A stretch of DNA of 64,000 bases. Origin: Isurus oxyrinchus (Eukaryota). Shown piece by piece: positions 12,056 through 25,827 of the stretch (within the stretch, counting starts at the first letter, position 1; every line of letters starts with the position of its first letter). Made by a program: the position numbers and the translations under genes. The notes under the pieces are model-generated. The model was not told the origin of the DNA, made no database searches, and saw nothing but the letters and a program-made list of their open reading frames with translations. The stretch spans positions 96,100,001 through 96,164,000 of the forward strand of contig JANJGN010000017.1 in NCBI GenBank assembly GCA_026770705.1. The letters run 5' to 3'.

Positions 12056-12391
12056 GGAGGTCTTGTGGCTCAGTGGGTAGTGACCCTGCCTCTGAGCCCG
12101 AAGCTCCCAGGTCAATTCTTAGCCAGGACTTGACGGCCAAGAAAGGTGTGGTGATAAAGGAGCCAAACAGGTCAATCCTACGACCGGTAAATCCTTCTAA
12201 CCAGTGTATGGCAGGTGGCAAGAGTGGGAGAGTCTCCTGGGCAGCCATGTTGGGCCTAGAGTGATGCCCCTCGAGCTATAACCTCTGGATTCAGGCTGGT
12301 GACCTGTTCCAGGAAAAATAAGCAGCGGAAACAGACGTAAGCATGTGCTTTGTCTGCCTCCTGTGTCTCCAGGTGCAGGGAGACAGTATGA
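12056..12391 (+). mobile_element. tRNA-derived SINE (co-duplicated copy)
   Basis: Homologous to 1521-1856 with the same flanks. Confidence 0.7.
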
Positions 12392-12419
12392 GTTTCTTTC
12401 TTCACCAAACGCAGGGAAT

Positions 12420-12775
12420 CACATCCACCAATGACTCACAATAGCAGCAGTGTGTACCATCTACAAGGTGCACTGCAGGAACTCACCAAGGCTCCTTAAA
12501 CAGCATCTTCCAAACCCGTGACCACGACCATCTAGGAGGACAAGGGCAACAGACAGATGGGAACATCACCAACTGAAGGATCCCCTCCAAGTCAATCACC
12601 ATACTGACTTCGAAATATATCACCGTTCCTACACTGTCACTGGGTCAAAATCCTGAAACTCCCTCTCTAACAGCGCTGTGGGTGTCCCTAAACCACTTGG
12701 ACTACGGCGGTTCAAGAAGGCAGCTCACCTCCACCTTCTCAAGCGCAATTAGAGATGGGCAATAACAATGCTGGC
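12420..12775 (+). mobile_element. CR1 LINE 3' remnant (RT removed by a unit-specific deletion of about 1.9 kb)
   Basis: Homologous to 3768-4123 and joined directly to sequence homologous to about 1888. Confidence 0.8.
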
Positions 12776-15700
12776 AGCAGTAATTGAAGGTATAGCCTTT
12801 CCTGCTGTCCATCAGGGGTCACATGCTTTCTTGGCGACTCTGACCAATGAGCCCTAAGCGTGGGTAATCCAGGGCGTGTGGTTCTCTAGTTGAGGATCTG
12901 GTTCAAGCATGTAGCTTCTGAAAAGCTCTCTGTAATAAAGTCACAAAAAAGGAAAATGCTGGTAAAACTCAGGAGGTCTGACAGCACCTCTGGAGAGAAA
13001 GTTAGAGTTAACGTTTCGAGTCCGTATGAATCAGTAAGAAGGGTCATATGGACTCAGAACGTTAACTCTGTTTCAATCTCCACAGATGCTGTTAGACCTG
13101 CTGAGTTTCTTCAGCATTTGCTGTATTTGTTTCAGATTTCCAGCATCCACAGTATTTTGCTTTTATCTGTAATAAAGTTATCTGTTTGAAGTAGAAACCT
13201 GTCCAGTACGTCAAGTCATTACATTTGGTGATGAGGGTGAGATAGCTCCGACGCTGCACCTCGCCTTGTGAATGTGAATACATCAGATCTTAAGAAAAAA
13301 AGAAAAGTATACTCACCAGTCATGCCACTCTTCAGCAGAATCGATCCTTATGACGCGACGATGGGAGACTGGAGCCAGTATGTAGAGCATCTTGGCTTTT
13401 ATATCATGGCGAACAAAATTACCATGGAGGAGAAGCAGAAAGCAACCCTTCTGAGTGTATGTGGTGGCAAGACACACAATCTCATCCACGGTCTGATGGC
13501 CCCGAATGTGCCCAATTCTAAGCCCTTTAACGTGTTTGTGGACCTTGTGGACATTCTCAGCCGAAACCATCGGTAATAATGCAGAGATTTAACTCCAGAG
13601 TAAGGGCCCAGAGAAAGTCCATCACAACCTACATAGTGAAGTTGAAGCAGTTGACTGAGCACTGTGACTACGGAGACAAACTCAATGATATGTTGCGGGA
13701 CCGATTAGTTTGTGGAGTTCACAACAACCCCATTCAGTGCCCATTAATCGCAGAGGTCAACGTCAATATGAAGAGCGCTATGGAAATAGCACTAGCTGTG
13801 GAAAGTGCTGCGAGAGACTCACAGGCTTTACAGCACACACAACATGGCGCTGTTCTTCATGTGGGGCAGGAAACTCCGAAAACCAGAGACACAGCAGCAA
13901 AGCGAGAGGCAATCTCTGCTGCTAGAAAAATGAAAAGACCTAGTGGAAGAATTTCACCAATCCCTCCAAGGTTAATCTGTTATACATGTGGCGGTAACCA
14001 CATACCGGACACCTGCACATTCAAGGCGGCAGAGTGCTGTTACTGTCATAAGAAAGGACGCGTAATAAAGAAATGCAGTGTGAAATCGAGACATCCCATA
14101 AGGCAGCAAACCAAAATGATTGAAGTGAATAATAGAACAGAACCTGAGGTTGCCATTACTGACATCAAATCCCTGTAAAATTTCACAGCTGTATAAACTG
14201 AACGTATTACCATCACAATCCAAGTGAATGGGAAGCCACGAATAATGGAGGGAGATAGAGGAGCCTCACCACAGTGGTTGGACAGCACACATTAAAATAC
14301 CTAAATGAAGGTAACTGGCCACTGAATCCAGAGAGAACCACGGCTCAATTGAAGACATACAGTGGAGAATCCATATAGGTAAAGGGCATCACCACAGTAC
14401 CTGTGCCCTATTCAGCAAACAGACAGACCAGCTTCCAGTGATCATTGTGAGAGGTGAAGGACCTAGTCTTCTGGGCCGAGACTGGCTGCAAAATATTACG
14501 CTCAACTGCTCTGAAATATTTCACTTGAGAACAGGAGGAGTTCCTCAACTGTTAAGCAAACACGGCAGTGTATTTCATGATAAATTGGGAGATATAAACA
14601 CTTGCAAGCAAAAATGTATGTAGATTCTCAGGCAACAGCCCATTCTTTAAGGCCAGACCTGTGCCTTATTCCCTAAAGGGGAAGGTGGATGCAGAACTGT
14701 GCTGGTTAGAAAAACTAGGCATTACCCAATCAGTCCAATTTTCAGAATGAGCAGCACCCCTATCGCCAGTGGCGAAACATGACCAAACTATACGCATTTG
14801 CGGGGACTATAGATTGACCGTGAACAACGCAGGCAAACTAGATAAATAACATATCCCGAGGATAGGGGACATGTACACACAGCTAGCTGGAGACAAATTT
14901 TACACCAAACTGGACATGAGCCATGAATTCTAACAGCTAGAGCTGGATAGCACATCTAGATGTGTAATCATCAACACACTCAAGATAAAAACAAAGAAAA
15001 CTGCGGATGCTGGAAATCCAAAACAAAAACAGAATTACCTGGAAAAACTCAGCCGGTCTGGCAGCATCGGCGGAGAATAAAAGAGTTGACGTTTCGAGTC
15101 CTCATGACCCTTCGACAGAACTTGATTTCGAGTCCAAGAAAGAGTTGAAATATAAGCTGGTTTAAGGTGTGTGTGTGGGGGGGCGGAGAGAGAGAGAGAG
15201 ACAGAGGTGCTTGTGTAGACAAACAAGCAGTGATAGAAGCAGATCATCAAAAGATGTCAGTGACAATGGTACAAAAGAACACATAGGTGTTAAAGTTAAC
15301 ACACTCAAGGGCTTATATCAATATATGCACCTACACTTTGGAGTATCGTCTCCATGTGCAATCTTCCAAAGGACAATAGAGAGTCTTTTGCAAGGACTTC
15401 CCCAAGTAATAGCACACCTAGGTGATGTTCTGATCACACGGTCAACTGAAGCAAATATTTGGCCAAACTGGAAGAGATGTTAAGAACATTCTTGGAAGCT
15501 GGTATACAATTAAAGAAAGAGAAATGTACATTCCAAGCACCAGGAGATACTTACCTGGGTCACTGGGAGGATGCCATGGGGTTGTATCCAGAAGAAGAGA
15601 AAGTTGGTGCAATCAAATAGGCATCCTCTCCGCCCAGTGTAACTGAACTCAAGTCTTTTCTGGGCAGGATCAATTATTACAGCCGTTTCTTATCAAACTT

Positions 15701-17895
15701 GTCAACAGTGTTAGCACCATTACGCTTGTTGTTTAAAAAGAACCATCGTTGGTCATGGAATTTGCAACACAAAGAAGCCTTTGTGAAAGTTAAGAGGCTA
15801 TTACAGTCATCATGTTTATTGGTACATTCTGACCCATCAAAAGAATTAACAGTGAACTGTGATGCGTCTCCTTACGCTGTGGGAGCTGTGTTGTCACACA
15901 GGATGGAAGATGGATCAGAAAGACCAATTGGCAACGTCTCCAGAACCCTCTCTGCAGCCGAGAATTAATGTTCCAAATGAGAAAAGGACGGTTTATTGGC
16001 GGTATTCAGAGTGAAGAAATTCCACCAGTACCTGAGTGGACAACATTTCACCATTGAGTTGGACCGTAAACCATTAATGGGTTTATTCGGTAAGGATAAA
16101 GCCATTCTGCCAATAGCCTCAGCAAGAATTCAACTTTGGGCTTTGATATTATCTGTGTATGATTATATCTTTATACATCATCCTGGCTTTCAAATTGCAA
16201 ATACCGACACACTGAGTCATCTCCTGTTACCAGATAGCATTCTACATTCCCCAGTGCCACAAGAAGTTGTGCTTGTACTGAATTTCTTGGATTCTTCACC
16301 TGTGAGCGAAGCAAATTAGGAATTTGGATGAACAGAGATTCAATTTTGTCAAAGGTCTGAGACCTGTTTTTCAAGGGTGGTTGAATTGACCAGTGTCTTA
16401 AGAGATGAGACCATTCCATGCCTGAAAAATAGAGTTAAGTTGTCAACATGGAATCCTGTTGTGGGGATCAAGAGTCCCTTTGCGAGGAGGAGAACCACTC
16501 TTGACAGAGCTTCTCAATGCACATCCAGGTGTATCGAAGATGAAAATACTTGGGCGAAGATGTGTCTGGTGGCCAGGCATAGACAGTGACATTGAAAGCA
16601 TGGTCAAGCACTGGCTCCAGTTTCAGCAACAGAAATTGTCTGTTTCAGCTCCACTGCATCCTTGGGAGTCGGCTGGTCGACCTTGGATTCGGCTACATAT
16701 TGATTATTGGGTACCATATTTTTATTAATCATACATGCAGATTCTAAATGGAAGGATGTGTATGAAGTCAGATCACCAGCGTTGAGTACAACTATTGAAA
16801 AGCTGCGTTAATGTTTTAGTATACATGGCCTACTGCAAGTCATTGTTTCAGATAACGGTACACTCTTTACCAACACAGAGTTTCTGAGATTCATGAGTAT
16901 AAATAGAATCAGACATATTAAACAGCACCATATCATCCCTCATCGAATGAGTTCGCTGAAAGAGCTGTGAAAACGTTCAAATCAGAAATAAAGAGGTTAT
17001 CCAAAGTTACCCTAGCAACTCGAATTTCTTATTTTCTTCTCAATTATTGAACAATGCCTCATTCAACTCTGGGTTCAACACTGTCTGAATTATTGATGAA
17101 ACCCCGCCTAAGTACAAGGTTAAATCTGGTGTTTCCAAACTTAGAGGGGAAGGTAGAGAAGAATCAGAGTAATCAAAAACTGAATCACGACATTCATAGC
17201 AAAGCTCAAAGATTTACTGTAGGTGATACAGTTTTTGTGCAGGATTTTGGAAATGGACCTTGACTGATTCCTGGTACAATTGTCTCAGAAACTGGTCCCT
17301 TGTCCTTCTAGGTGCAAGTGAAAGATCGAGTTGTTTGAAAACATGTGGATCATCATGGAAGGAGAGAGGCATTCCAACAACCAGCTATTCCACCTGTGAC
17401 TAACATCGAACCATTAATCACTGAAGTGTCAGACTGGCTGAAACAGACATAGCCAATGTCTCTGTAGAGTTACCAAACCCTCAACTGCCACTTTCTAATG
17501 GTGGACCTGACACTGCAGTTCCTGATCATGTCGATCCAGTGAAAGAACCTCAAGTGGTAGGTTTACACCGCTCTAATCGAATAAGGAAACCACTTTAGAG
17601 ATGGAATCTTTAGCACCTGACTTATATGAATGTTTATGTTGTGGGATATTCAAACGTTCTCTGTAAATAGGAAGTGTAAAAATCTAAAAGGGGGAGTAAT
17701 ATTGTAACTGAAGTATCATCTTTGCTACTGCCTGTCAGGGGTTACATGATTGCTCTTGGAGATTCCAACCAATGAGCCCTAAGCGCGGATTATCTGGGGT
17801 GCGTCGTTTTCCAGTTGAGGACCTGGTTCAAACATGTAGCTTCTGAAAAGCTCTCTGTGATAAAGTTATCTGTTTCAAGTGAAAATCTGTTCCGT
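12776..17895 (+). mobile_element. Ty3/Gypsy LTR retrotransposon, degenerate, near full length
   Basis: Gag with zinc knuckles (CYTCGGNH, CCYCHKKGR), protease end (LLGRDWL), RT, RNase H (CDASPYAVGAVL), integrase (HPG..KMK, HPWE) and a polypurine tract (AAAAGGGGGAG) near 17686. It has many stops and frameshifts, and the last ~20 bp of the 3' LTR are deleted. Confidence 0.92.
14985..15297 (-). mobile_element. Penelope-like fragment inserted in the Gypsy RT, unit B only
   Basis: A 313-bp insert flanked by the 12-bp TSD AACACACTCAAG (14973-14984 and 15298-15309). The site is empty in units C-E. It is related in sequence to the LTR insert. Confidence 0.75.
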
Positions 17896-18210
17896 GGGCC
17901 AGTGATGCCCATATCCCATGAAAGAATAAAAAAACTATTTGGAAGAAGAGGAGAGGAGGTGTCCTTTGTATTGTGGTCTTTACTCACTGACTGACATTTC
18001 CACAGTCATTGCCCTCAGTATCAGGGTGAACATCCTCGCCGGTGAGTGGACTTGAGTTCCAGCCAATGGTTGCTGCTGACGTGGCCATCGCTGGGCACCA
18101 TGAGGATTTGAACTTTGTAACCTTGAAGCTGAAGAATAAAAATCTACACCAGCCAAACAGGACAGAAATTCCTCTCTTGGTGACTGTAAAGGTGTCTCGT
18201 TGGGCTGAGT

Positions 18211-21200
18211 ATGGTATGTTTGAGTGTGACTCAGATTGTGTTTGTACTTGTGAGGGATTATTTCATCTGGGAACATGTTGCTGGTGAACCTATCTGCATT
18301 GATACTTGTATTTGTTACAGGATGTTCTCCTGCATTGATAAGAATGTATATTTTTTGGGGCTAAGCAGTCACTTTACAGCAGGGGTGAGGAACCCTCGAC
18401 CCGGAGGCTGGATTCAGCCCCTTGTACTTTTTCATCCGGCCTGCTGAGTTATTTCAAAGCGCGGCCTCACCAACCTCCCCGCTATCCCCACGAGTGCCTG
18501 ATGTGCTCTGAGCCAGCCGCCGCCATCTCCTGCTGCCTCAGCCTCGGCCACAGTCTGCAGAAGCCCAGGCTGTGTGGACAGAGTCAGGGCCAAGTTCCAG
18601 GAGCAGGAGCACAGGGACAGGAAGCTGCCAGCTGCTGATCAGGTGGTGAAGTGTGAGTTACCCGGGACTGGGGAGAAAGGGAGCAGGACATCCAGCTCCT
18701 TTGGCGGATCACCCCCCCTTATCCTTCCGACTCCATTGGTGTCGCAGGACAGGGTTTCAGCTCCTGCAGAATGAGGGAGAGGCCCAGAATCCTGGCCCAG
18801 GTGCAGCCTCTGACTGGGAGTTGGCCAGAGGGTTGGACTGTTGAGTCACTGCCCTGGTTTGGGTGTGAGTCAGAGTGGGAAAGGAGAAGGAGAGAGAGAG
18901 GGAGAGAGGCAGAGTGGGCAGGAGAAGGAGAGAGAGAGAGGGAGGCAGAGTGGGAAGGGAGAGCGAGAGAGAGAGAGAGGAATAGTAGGAAAAGGAGAGT
19001 GAGATTGAGTGGGAAAGGAATACAAGAGAGAGAGAGAGAGTGGGGAAGGAGAGGGTGAGAAAGAGAGAGAGACAGAGTGGGTTGGGAGAGAGAGAGAGAT
19101 TGGGAAAGGAAAGCAAGCAAAACGTTGAGCTGAATCTCAGCAGTACTGTGATTTAGACAGAGAAACTGTGCTACTCATGAAGGGAAAGCAAACACAGGCA
19201 TCGTATTAAAGCAGATGGGTTGAACGTTTCTGTATTCTCTCTTAAAAAGATAAATGAAGTTGCTTATTATGTGTGTGTGGCCCGTGACTGATTTGGTCTA
19301 TGTGTGAATAGCCCTGGATAAGAAAGGATTTTTCTATCCCTGCTTTGGAGGTTGGTCATTGGACACTTTCAGCAGCAAGAGCAGGGAGGTGTGAGGCATC
19401 GCTGGAAGACACAATATTTGAATTTGTGTCTCCGAGGTGCCCACAGGCCTGTTCCGGAGTAAAGAATCTGTAAAGGAAGCAGTCTGGAGTGGGAAGCACA
19501 TTCTACTGCCTAGCAGAAATGGGAAAACAGGAGACAGAAATGGCCCATGAGCTGAACCAGCTAACAGTGACCTCACAACACACATTTGTTTACCTACAAC
19601 ACAGGGGCTGCAGCAGTTCAAGGAGGTGGCTCAACATCACCTTCCCAAGGGCAATAAGGAATGGGCAATAAATGCTGGCCCAGCCAGCGATGCACACACC
19701 CTAAGAATGATTTTTTTCAACCAGAAATGTCAGACTGGCACAGGAGGCCTTCTTGTTCTGGACTCATGAATTGAGACAAACAGGTTAGGTAGAACAAAGG
19801 GAACTTTGTTCTGTACCTGACCACACTGTCACTGAAATGGGAGCACTGGGTGCAGACAGCGGTTGTCGCTGTACAAGGTAAAGACCCTTCCCCAGAATTG
19901 ACATCCATCAGCTTGTACAGTAAGCTCCAAATCGTTCAGAAAATGGGAATGAGAAACTTGATTGTGAACTCAATTTCACATCCTGTGAAAAGTGTGTGAG
20001 GAGGAAATGTAAATCTGAGATGTCCTGAATGTGGAACATGCCTCCTGAGGATTCCAGCTCCTAATTTGTTTGGACACATTTCTGGGTGTTGTATCATGTC
20101 TTTCAGTCTCCACACCCCACTCTCGGTGTGAGTTATGTTTATCTCTCAGCCACATCCACTTGAAAAAGCAATAGACCTCAGTTGTACCATTTGGGGACAG
20201 CCTTTGTTATCGAGTTTTCAGCAGGAACGCATTAGGTATTCAAGAATAAGGATAGAAAATCCCGTTATTTCCTGGATTATCTTCTGGGTTCCATAAATCC
20301 ATTCCTGAAGTCTCCATCGCAACACTGAAGGATTGGGAATCCTTCCCAGTAATGCTTAAGTCTCATACAAATGCCAAGTCCCACATACAATTCTGTAAAT
20401 GTTTTGAGCTGAGGTATCACCTTGTGCATCCCCAAGGTGAACAAGTGAATCGATATGAGTTTGTAGCTTCAGGGTCAAGAAATGGAGCCCCCTGTTCCAC
20501 GCCCTTTATAAGAGACCATCTGAATTCACCTGTTTGTCAGCTTATCCCTCAATCCACTCCACAAAACAATCCCAGTTGTCTTTGGATGTCTTCCGATGCT
20601 TTATTGACCATCACTCTGAGTGAAAACTTCTATCTGATTGGGAATTAGTATAATCTAAGTGACATGACCAAGTTCCTCAACATGTTCCTTCTTTATTCCC
20701 TCCCCCACCCGCACTCCACACCAACCCCATAGAAACTCATCTTGTGCCTTACTCTGCTGCTCCTGGCTGTTGAACATGGCGAATCTTACTGCCACAACAA
20801 ATTTCACCCAAGTAAGTACAGCGCCATTGCCAACTTTCCATTTAGATCTGGGGTGAAAATGAGCTAAACATAAGAACTGAGGCTGAATGCAACCTCCACC
20901 CAATTGATGAATATTGTCAGTGGCTATGGAACCCAATTCCTGCATGATAAAGTGATAGTCCCATCCTGACATAACTGCTCCAGGCCACATGAAACCTTCC
21001 CTCAGGGATTCCCTTACACAGTCCCCCTCCGCTAAGGGTCCATGAAGGAATAGGCCTTGTCAAATTAGCCAGCTCCTGCTCCATGGGTCAAAGCTTGGCT
21101 GTTGTGTGCAAATGAAGTCCCGGCCAACAAACTGGCTGAGGCCTCATTGTGGTAAGCACCGAAACAATCCTCCAGCACACTGCCTAAATTCAGACCCCAG

Positions 21201-22690
21201 CAAGTATCCAGCCCATTTCTGACCACCAACCCATCCCCATCCAGAAGGATGGAGACAACCCCCTTTCTCAATGGCAGTCAATGTGTTCCGAGGTTCATGG
21301 CTGTGAAACTCTCAGGCCCAGGTCCTCTTGGATATGGAACTTGGCTCTTCCCAGGTCCAAAGATCTCAGTGATGATGCAGCTGACCAGGCAATTCTTCAA
21401 ACTTCCAAATATAATTGCAAGCCCATGGTACCTCTTCAGTCTTTGATGAGACATTGACAGACCAATCTCAGTCTCTTTCTCTTTCTCTCACTCTCTCTTT
21501 GATTCCCACCTGGAATTCCAGACTCACCGAACTGCAGGGATGAAGTTGATGGCACCTGGCATGAACCTGGCAAAAGCTGGATAAACTCTGACTGCATGAG
21601 ATGTTCGTGCTCGGTTGAATCGATGCGCTGCTGTACAACGTAAGTGATTCTCTGCCGTTGCAGCTCAAATAGCCCTTTTGTGTCATTCTGCACTGATCTT
21701 TCTTATTGAAGCACAAAGTGGATTTGGGATGAGCAGCCAGACATGGAAGTCATTTCTGTCATCTTGTTTTAATGATAAAAAGAAGCAATCACTCACAACG
21801 GATTGGATAACCACACTGTGGATTTATTTCGTGAGGCTAGACATCTGGGTACATTTGTACTAAGGTAAAAATCTTGACGATATCAGAGCTGTGCTCTTCT
21901 CTAATCACAGGCAAAAGTGAAACTAAGACCGGATCATATGACACACATCCCTTCCAGTGATGTCATGTTGCTACATCTTAAAGAGATATTCCAACAAATT
22001 CAAAGGTAGTTTACAGATTGGGAAACATTGCAGGATTGGTGGTCTCAGGTCAGCGGAATGAACGGAACACATGACTTCCTTCCTCTCTTTTCCAGACTTG
22101 TTATCACCTTAAGTATCTCCCAAGCCCCGTGCAGAGAGGGTGGAGATGAAGAGAGGGTGGAGTTGAAGAGAGAGTGGAGTTGAAGAGAGAGTGGAGTTGA
22201 AGAGAGAGTGGAGATGAAGCGAGGGTGGAGATAAAGGGAGGGTAGAAATGAAGAGAGAGTGAAGATGAAGAGAAGGTGGAGATGAAGAGAGAATGGAGAT
22301 GAAGAGAGGGTGGAGTTGCAGAGATACTTCTTGATCTGTTTCTCTTGGCAGGCCATATGGGAGGTCAGTTTTCTGCTGCTGCCTCTCTCCAATTGGATAC
22401 TCAGAATCTGCTGGCGACATTGGGGGAAACAAAAAATTTATCCAAAGGCTGTCCATCACCCTTTGGGAGAAAATGGTGAAATTGTTCAGTGAAAGCACTA
22501 CAGTACAAATTTAACCCTTACCCTTGGGATCATTCTAATGCTTTATTCATCTGTGATTTGCAGGTATGGCAGACCAACTGGCTACCCAGATGATTGTATC
22601 GCAGTTTTTGACCGTGAGAATTGTCAATATCGGGTCCACAAGAAGAACGATGCTTCTGTTGAATGTCAATTTACTGGCAGGGTTGGGTAA
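18211..22690 (+). CDS. MSMB: Beta-microseminoprotein (PSP94)-like gene, copy B, intact, 4 exons, 108 aa
   Basis: Exons 18211-18213, 20733-20811, 21522-21639 and 22564-22690, all with GT-AG introns. Protein: MKLILCLTLLLLAVEHGES-YCHNKFHPNSPNCRDEVDGTWHEPGKSWINSDCMRCSCSVESMRCCTTYGRPTGYPDDCIAVFDRENCQYRVHKKNDASVECQFTGRVG. All 10 Cys are retained and AATAAA follows the stop. Confidence 0.9.
18380..19342. mobile_element. hAT-like non-autonomous element (co-duplicated copy)
   Basis: Same termini; TSD CTTTACAG/CTTTGGAG. Confidence 0.65.
22133..22320 (+). repeat. Shortened 17-bp minisatellite in intron 3 of copy B
   Basis: Same unit; the 5' part has been deleted together with flanking intron sequence. 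Confidence 0.85.
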
Positions 22691-22856
22691 TCAGAATAAA
22701 AGCATTTAATTTCCAATATAAAACCATCAGATTCATTCTCGATGCAAGTACCATGGGAGAATGGGAGCCTTGCTTCCTACATGAAACATCAATATTACAA
22801 TAAAGATATTTCACAGTGGTTTCATTCTCAAACCTTATCTACTATTTCAACAAGTC

Positions 22857-22912
<56 letters not shown>

Positions 22913-23288
22913 GTGTGTGATGGTGGGGAGGGAGAAAGTGTCCAGAGTAGGCAGTGTGAGTGTAAAAGAGAACATACAAGAGTGTGCAAGAGAGAGAATG
23001 TGAGAGAGAGTAGGCCGGAGAGAGAGTGCGCCCACAGGAGTATGTGTGGGAGAGCGTGTGTATACGAGGAAGTACATGTGGATATGAAACACCATGGCTG
23101 TTGTAAGCTACAATGCTCAATGGGTTACATATAACGAATAATTAGCCAGATTAAGAGGGGCTTTCCTGAACCAATCACAAAGGACGTGAAGAGGGAAAGA
23201 AATCCAAGCCAGAAAGGTCTTTAAAGAAGTTGCTGACACCCATTCACATTGTATCTGGGCACATTGTCTCTTCATGTTCCTTTCTTCA

Positions 23289-23605
23289 GGAGGTCTTGTG
23301 GCTCAGTGGGTAGTGACCCTGCCTCTGAGCCCGAAGCTCCCAGGTCAATTCTTAGCCCAGGACTTGACGGCCAAGAAAGGCCTGGCGATAAAGGAGCCAA
23401 ACAGGTTGAGTGACGACCGGTAAATTGTTCTAACCAGTATATGGCAGCTGGCAAGAGTGCAGCCATATTGGATGTAGAATGATGCCCCTCGAGCTATAAC
23501 CTCTGGATTCAGGGTGGTGACCTGTTCCAGGAATAATGAGCACCGGGAACAAACGTAAGCATGTGCTTTGTCTCCTGTGTCTCCAGGTGCAGGGAGAGAG
23601 TATGA
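23289..23605 (+). mobile_element. tRNA-derived SINE (co-duplicated copy)
   Basis: Homologous to 1521-1856 with the same TSD. Confidence 0.7.
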
Positions 23606-24712
23606 GTTCCTTTCTTCACAAAACGAACCCATCAACATTGACTGGCGGGTGAGAGACAAGTGTAGAAACGTTGCAGATTTCTCATTGTTTACACTGAGTA
23701 GATTAGTTACCTGCAGTAATCAATAACCAAAAGTATATTAACCTAAAATAATATTATGCTGAATTGTCCCTGTTGTCTCAGTAGAAAGACATAAATCTAA
23801 ACAAAATGACAAGAAAAGCTCTAATGAGAGGGACGGACCATCCAGGAATTAACATCTTAGAGGGCCAGTCAGGAGACAACAGGAAATGATATCAATAGAT
23901 GTCCAGCGCCATAAAGAAACCTGTCAGGAACTGATCATGCACTTCTCAACTAATCAGGTCCTGGTCACGCACCACAGCAACCAATCGGGGATCAGTGACA
24001 TGATTGACCATGCACATGCTTCGTGGTTGAACTGCTTTGACCTCCCCAGTGACCTCCTCCCAAACTGGCATTGTGAGGTTGGTGGACCTGTTGCTACCAT
24101 CTCTGGGATAGAGGAACTCCCTCTGCTCCTGGGCTGCCTGGAGGAGTGTCTGAAGGGAGCTGTCGCTGAACTTTTCAGCAAATGGTCTGGATCTCCTCAG
24201 GGTCCTCACTCACTACAGCAGGTCCTGGGCCGCACACAGTGACGGCGTGTATGGGTCTCATTTCAAAATGACGCAGGACATTCAACCCCATGAGGTAAAA
24301 GGTAACCCCAGCCCGCCCAGACAACACATTCAATGAGCTGATGGAAGAGCTGAAGAGGGGACAATCTGGTGTGAGAACCGACGTCCAGTGGGAATCACAC
24401 CCACTATCCAGCCACCACAGCACTTAGCCTCCAGAACAGAAAATTCCACCACAGACTTGAGCACACAGTGGAGGCCCATTGTTCCCAGTGCAGTTACACA
24501 TGGCCAATCCATGTTCCCCAATTTATACCAGTGATGCTGAGCTCAGTTAACGCCGACCCAACATCAGCCAGGCTCATATTTGCCCAGATTGGACATTATT
24601 GTCTGGGTGTGTTAGCCAGTGCTAAGGGTGTACTGCATTATCATGCAAAATGTTGAACTGAAGTTCTGCTGACATTCACTGCTTCATGTAAGAGATCCAA
24701 TGGCTCAAGGGG

Positions 24713-25827
24713 TGGGGTGAGAGTGATTGCCCTTGACATCAAGGCTGCATTTGACCAAGTGTGGCATCAGGGAGCCCCAGCAAAACTGGACTCAATGGGA
24801 ATCAGGGGGCAAACTCTCTGCTGGTTGGAGTCATACCTCGCACAAAGGAAAATGGTTGTGCTTGTTGGAGGTCAATCATCTCAGTCCCAGGACATCACTG
24901 CAGGAGTTGCTCAGGGTAGTGTCCTAGGCCCAACCATCTTCAGCTGCTTCATCAATCACCTTCCTTCCATCACAAGATCAGAAGTAGGGATGTTCGTTGA
25001 TGATTGCACAATGTTCAGTACCATTCGCAACTCCTCAGATAGTGAAGCAGTCCATGTCCAAATGCAAAAAGACCTGGACAAAATCCAGGCTTGGACTGAC
25101 AAGTGGCAGGGAACGTTCGCACCACACAAGTGTCAGGCAATGACTATCTCCAACAAGAGAGAATCCAACCATCACCACTTGACATTTAAGGCATTGCAAT
25201 CACTGAATCCCTTACTATCAACATCCTGAGGGTTACCATTTCCAGAAACGGAACTGGACTAGCCATATAAATACTGTGACTACAAGAGCAGGTCAGAGGC
25301 TGAGAGTCCTGCGATGGGTAACTCACCTCCTGACTCCCCAAAGTCTGCCAACCATCTACAAGACACAAGTCAGGAGTGAGATGGAATACGCCCCACTTGC
25401 CTGGATGAGGGCAGCTCCCAAAACAGTCCAGAACCTCAATATCATCTGGGACAAAGCAGCCTGCTTGATTGGCACCACATCCACCAACGACGCACATTAG
25501 CAGCAGTGTGTACCATCTACAAGGTGCATTGCAGGAACTCACCAAGGTTCCTTAAACAGCATCTTCCAAACCCATGACCACGTCCATCTAGGAGGACAAG
25601 GGCAACAGATAGATGGGAACACCACCAACTGAAGGATCCCCTCCAATTCAATCACCATCCTGACTTCGAAAGATATCTCCGTTCCTTCACTGTCACTGGG
25701 TCAAAAACCTGGAACTCCCTCCCTAACAGCACTGTGGGTGTCCCTACACCACATGGACTGCAGCGGTTCAAGAAGGCAGCTCCCCCTTCTCAAGGGGCAA
25801 TTAGGGATGGGCAATAACAATGATGGC
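24713..25827 (+). mobile_element. 5'-truncated CR1-clade LINE
   Basis: ORF 24717..25229 has RT motifs (QGSVLGP, FVDD) and is followed by the 3' UTR. Confidence 0.9.
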
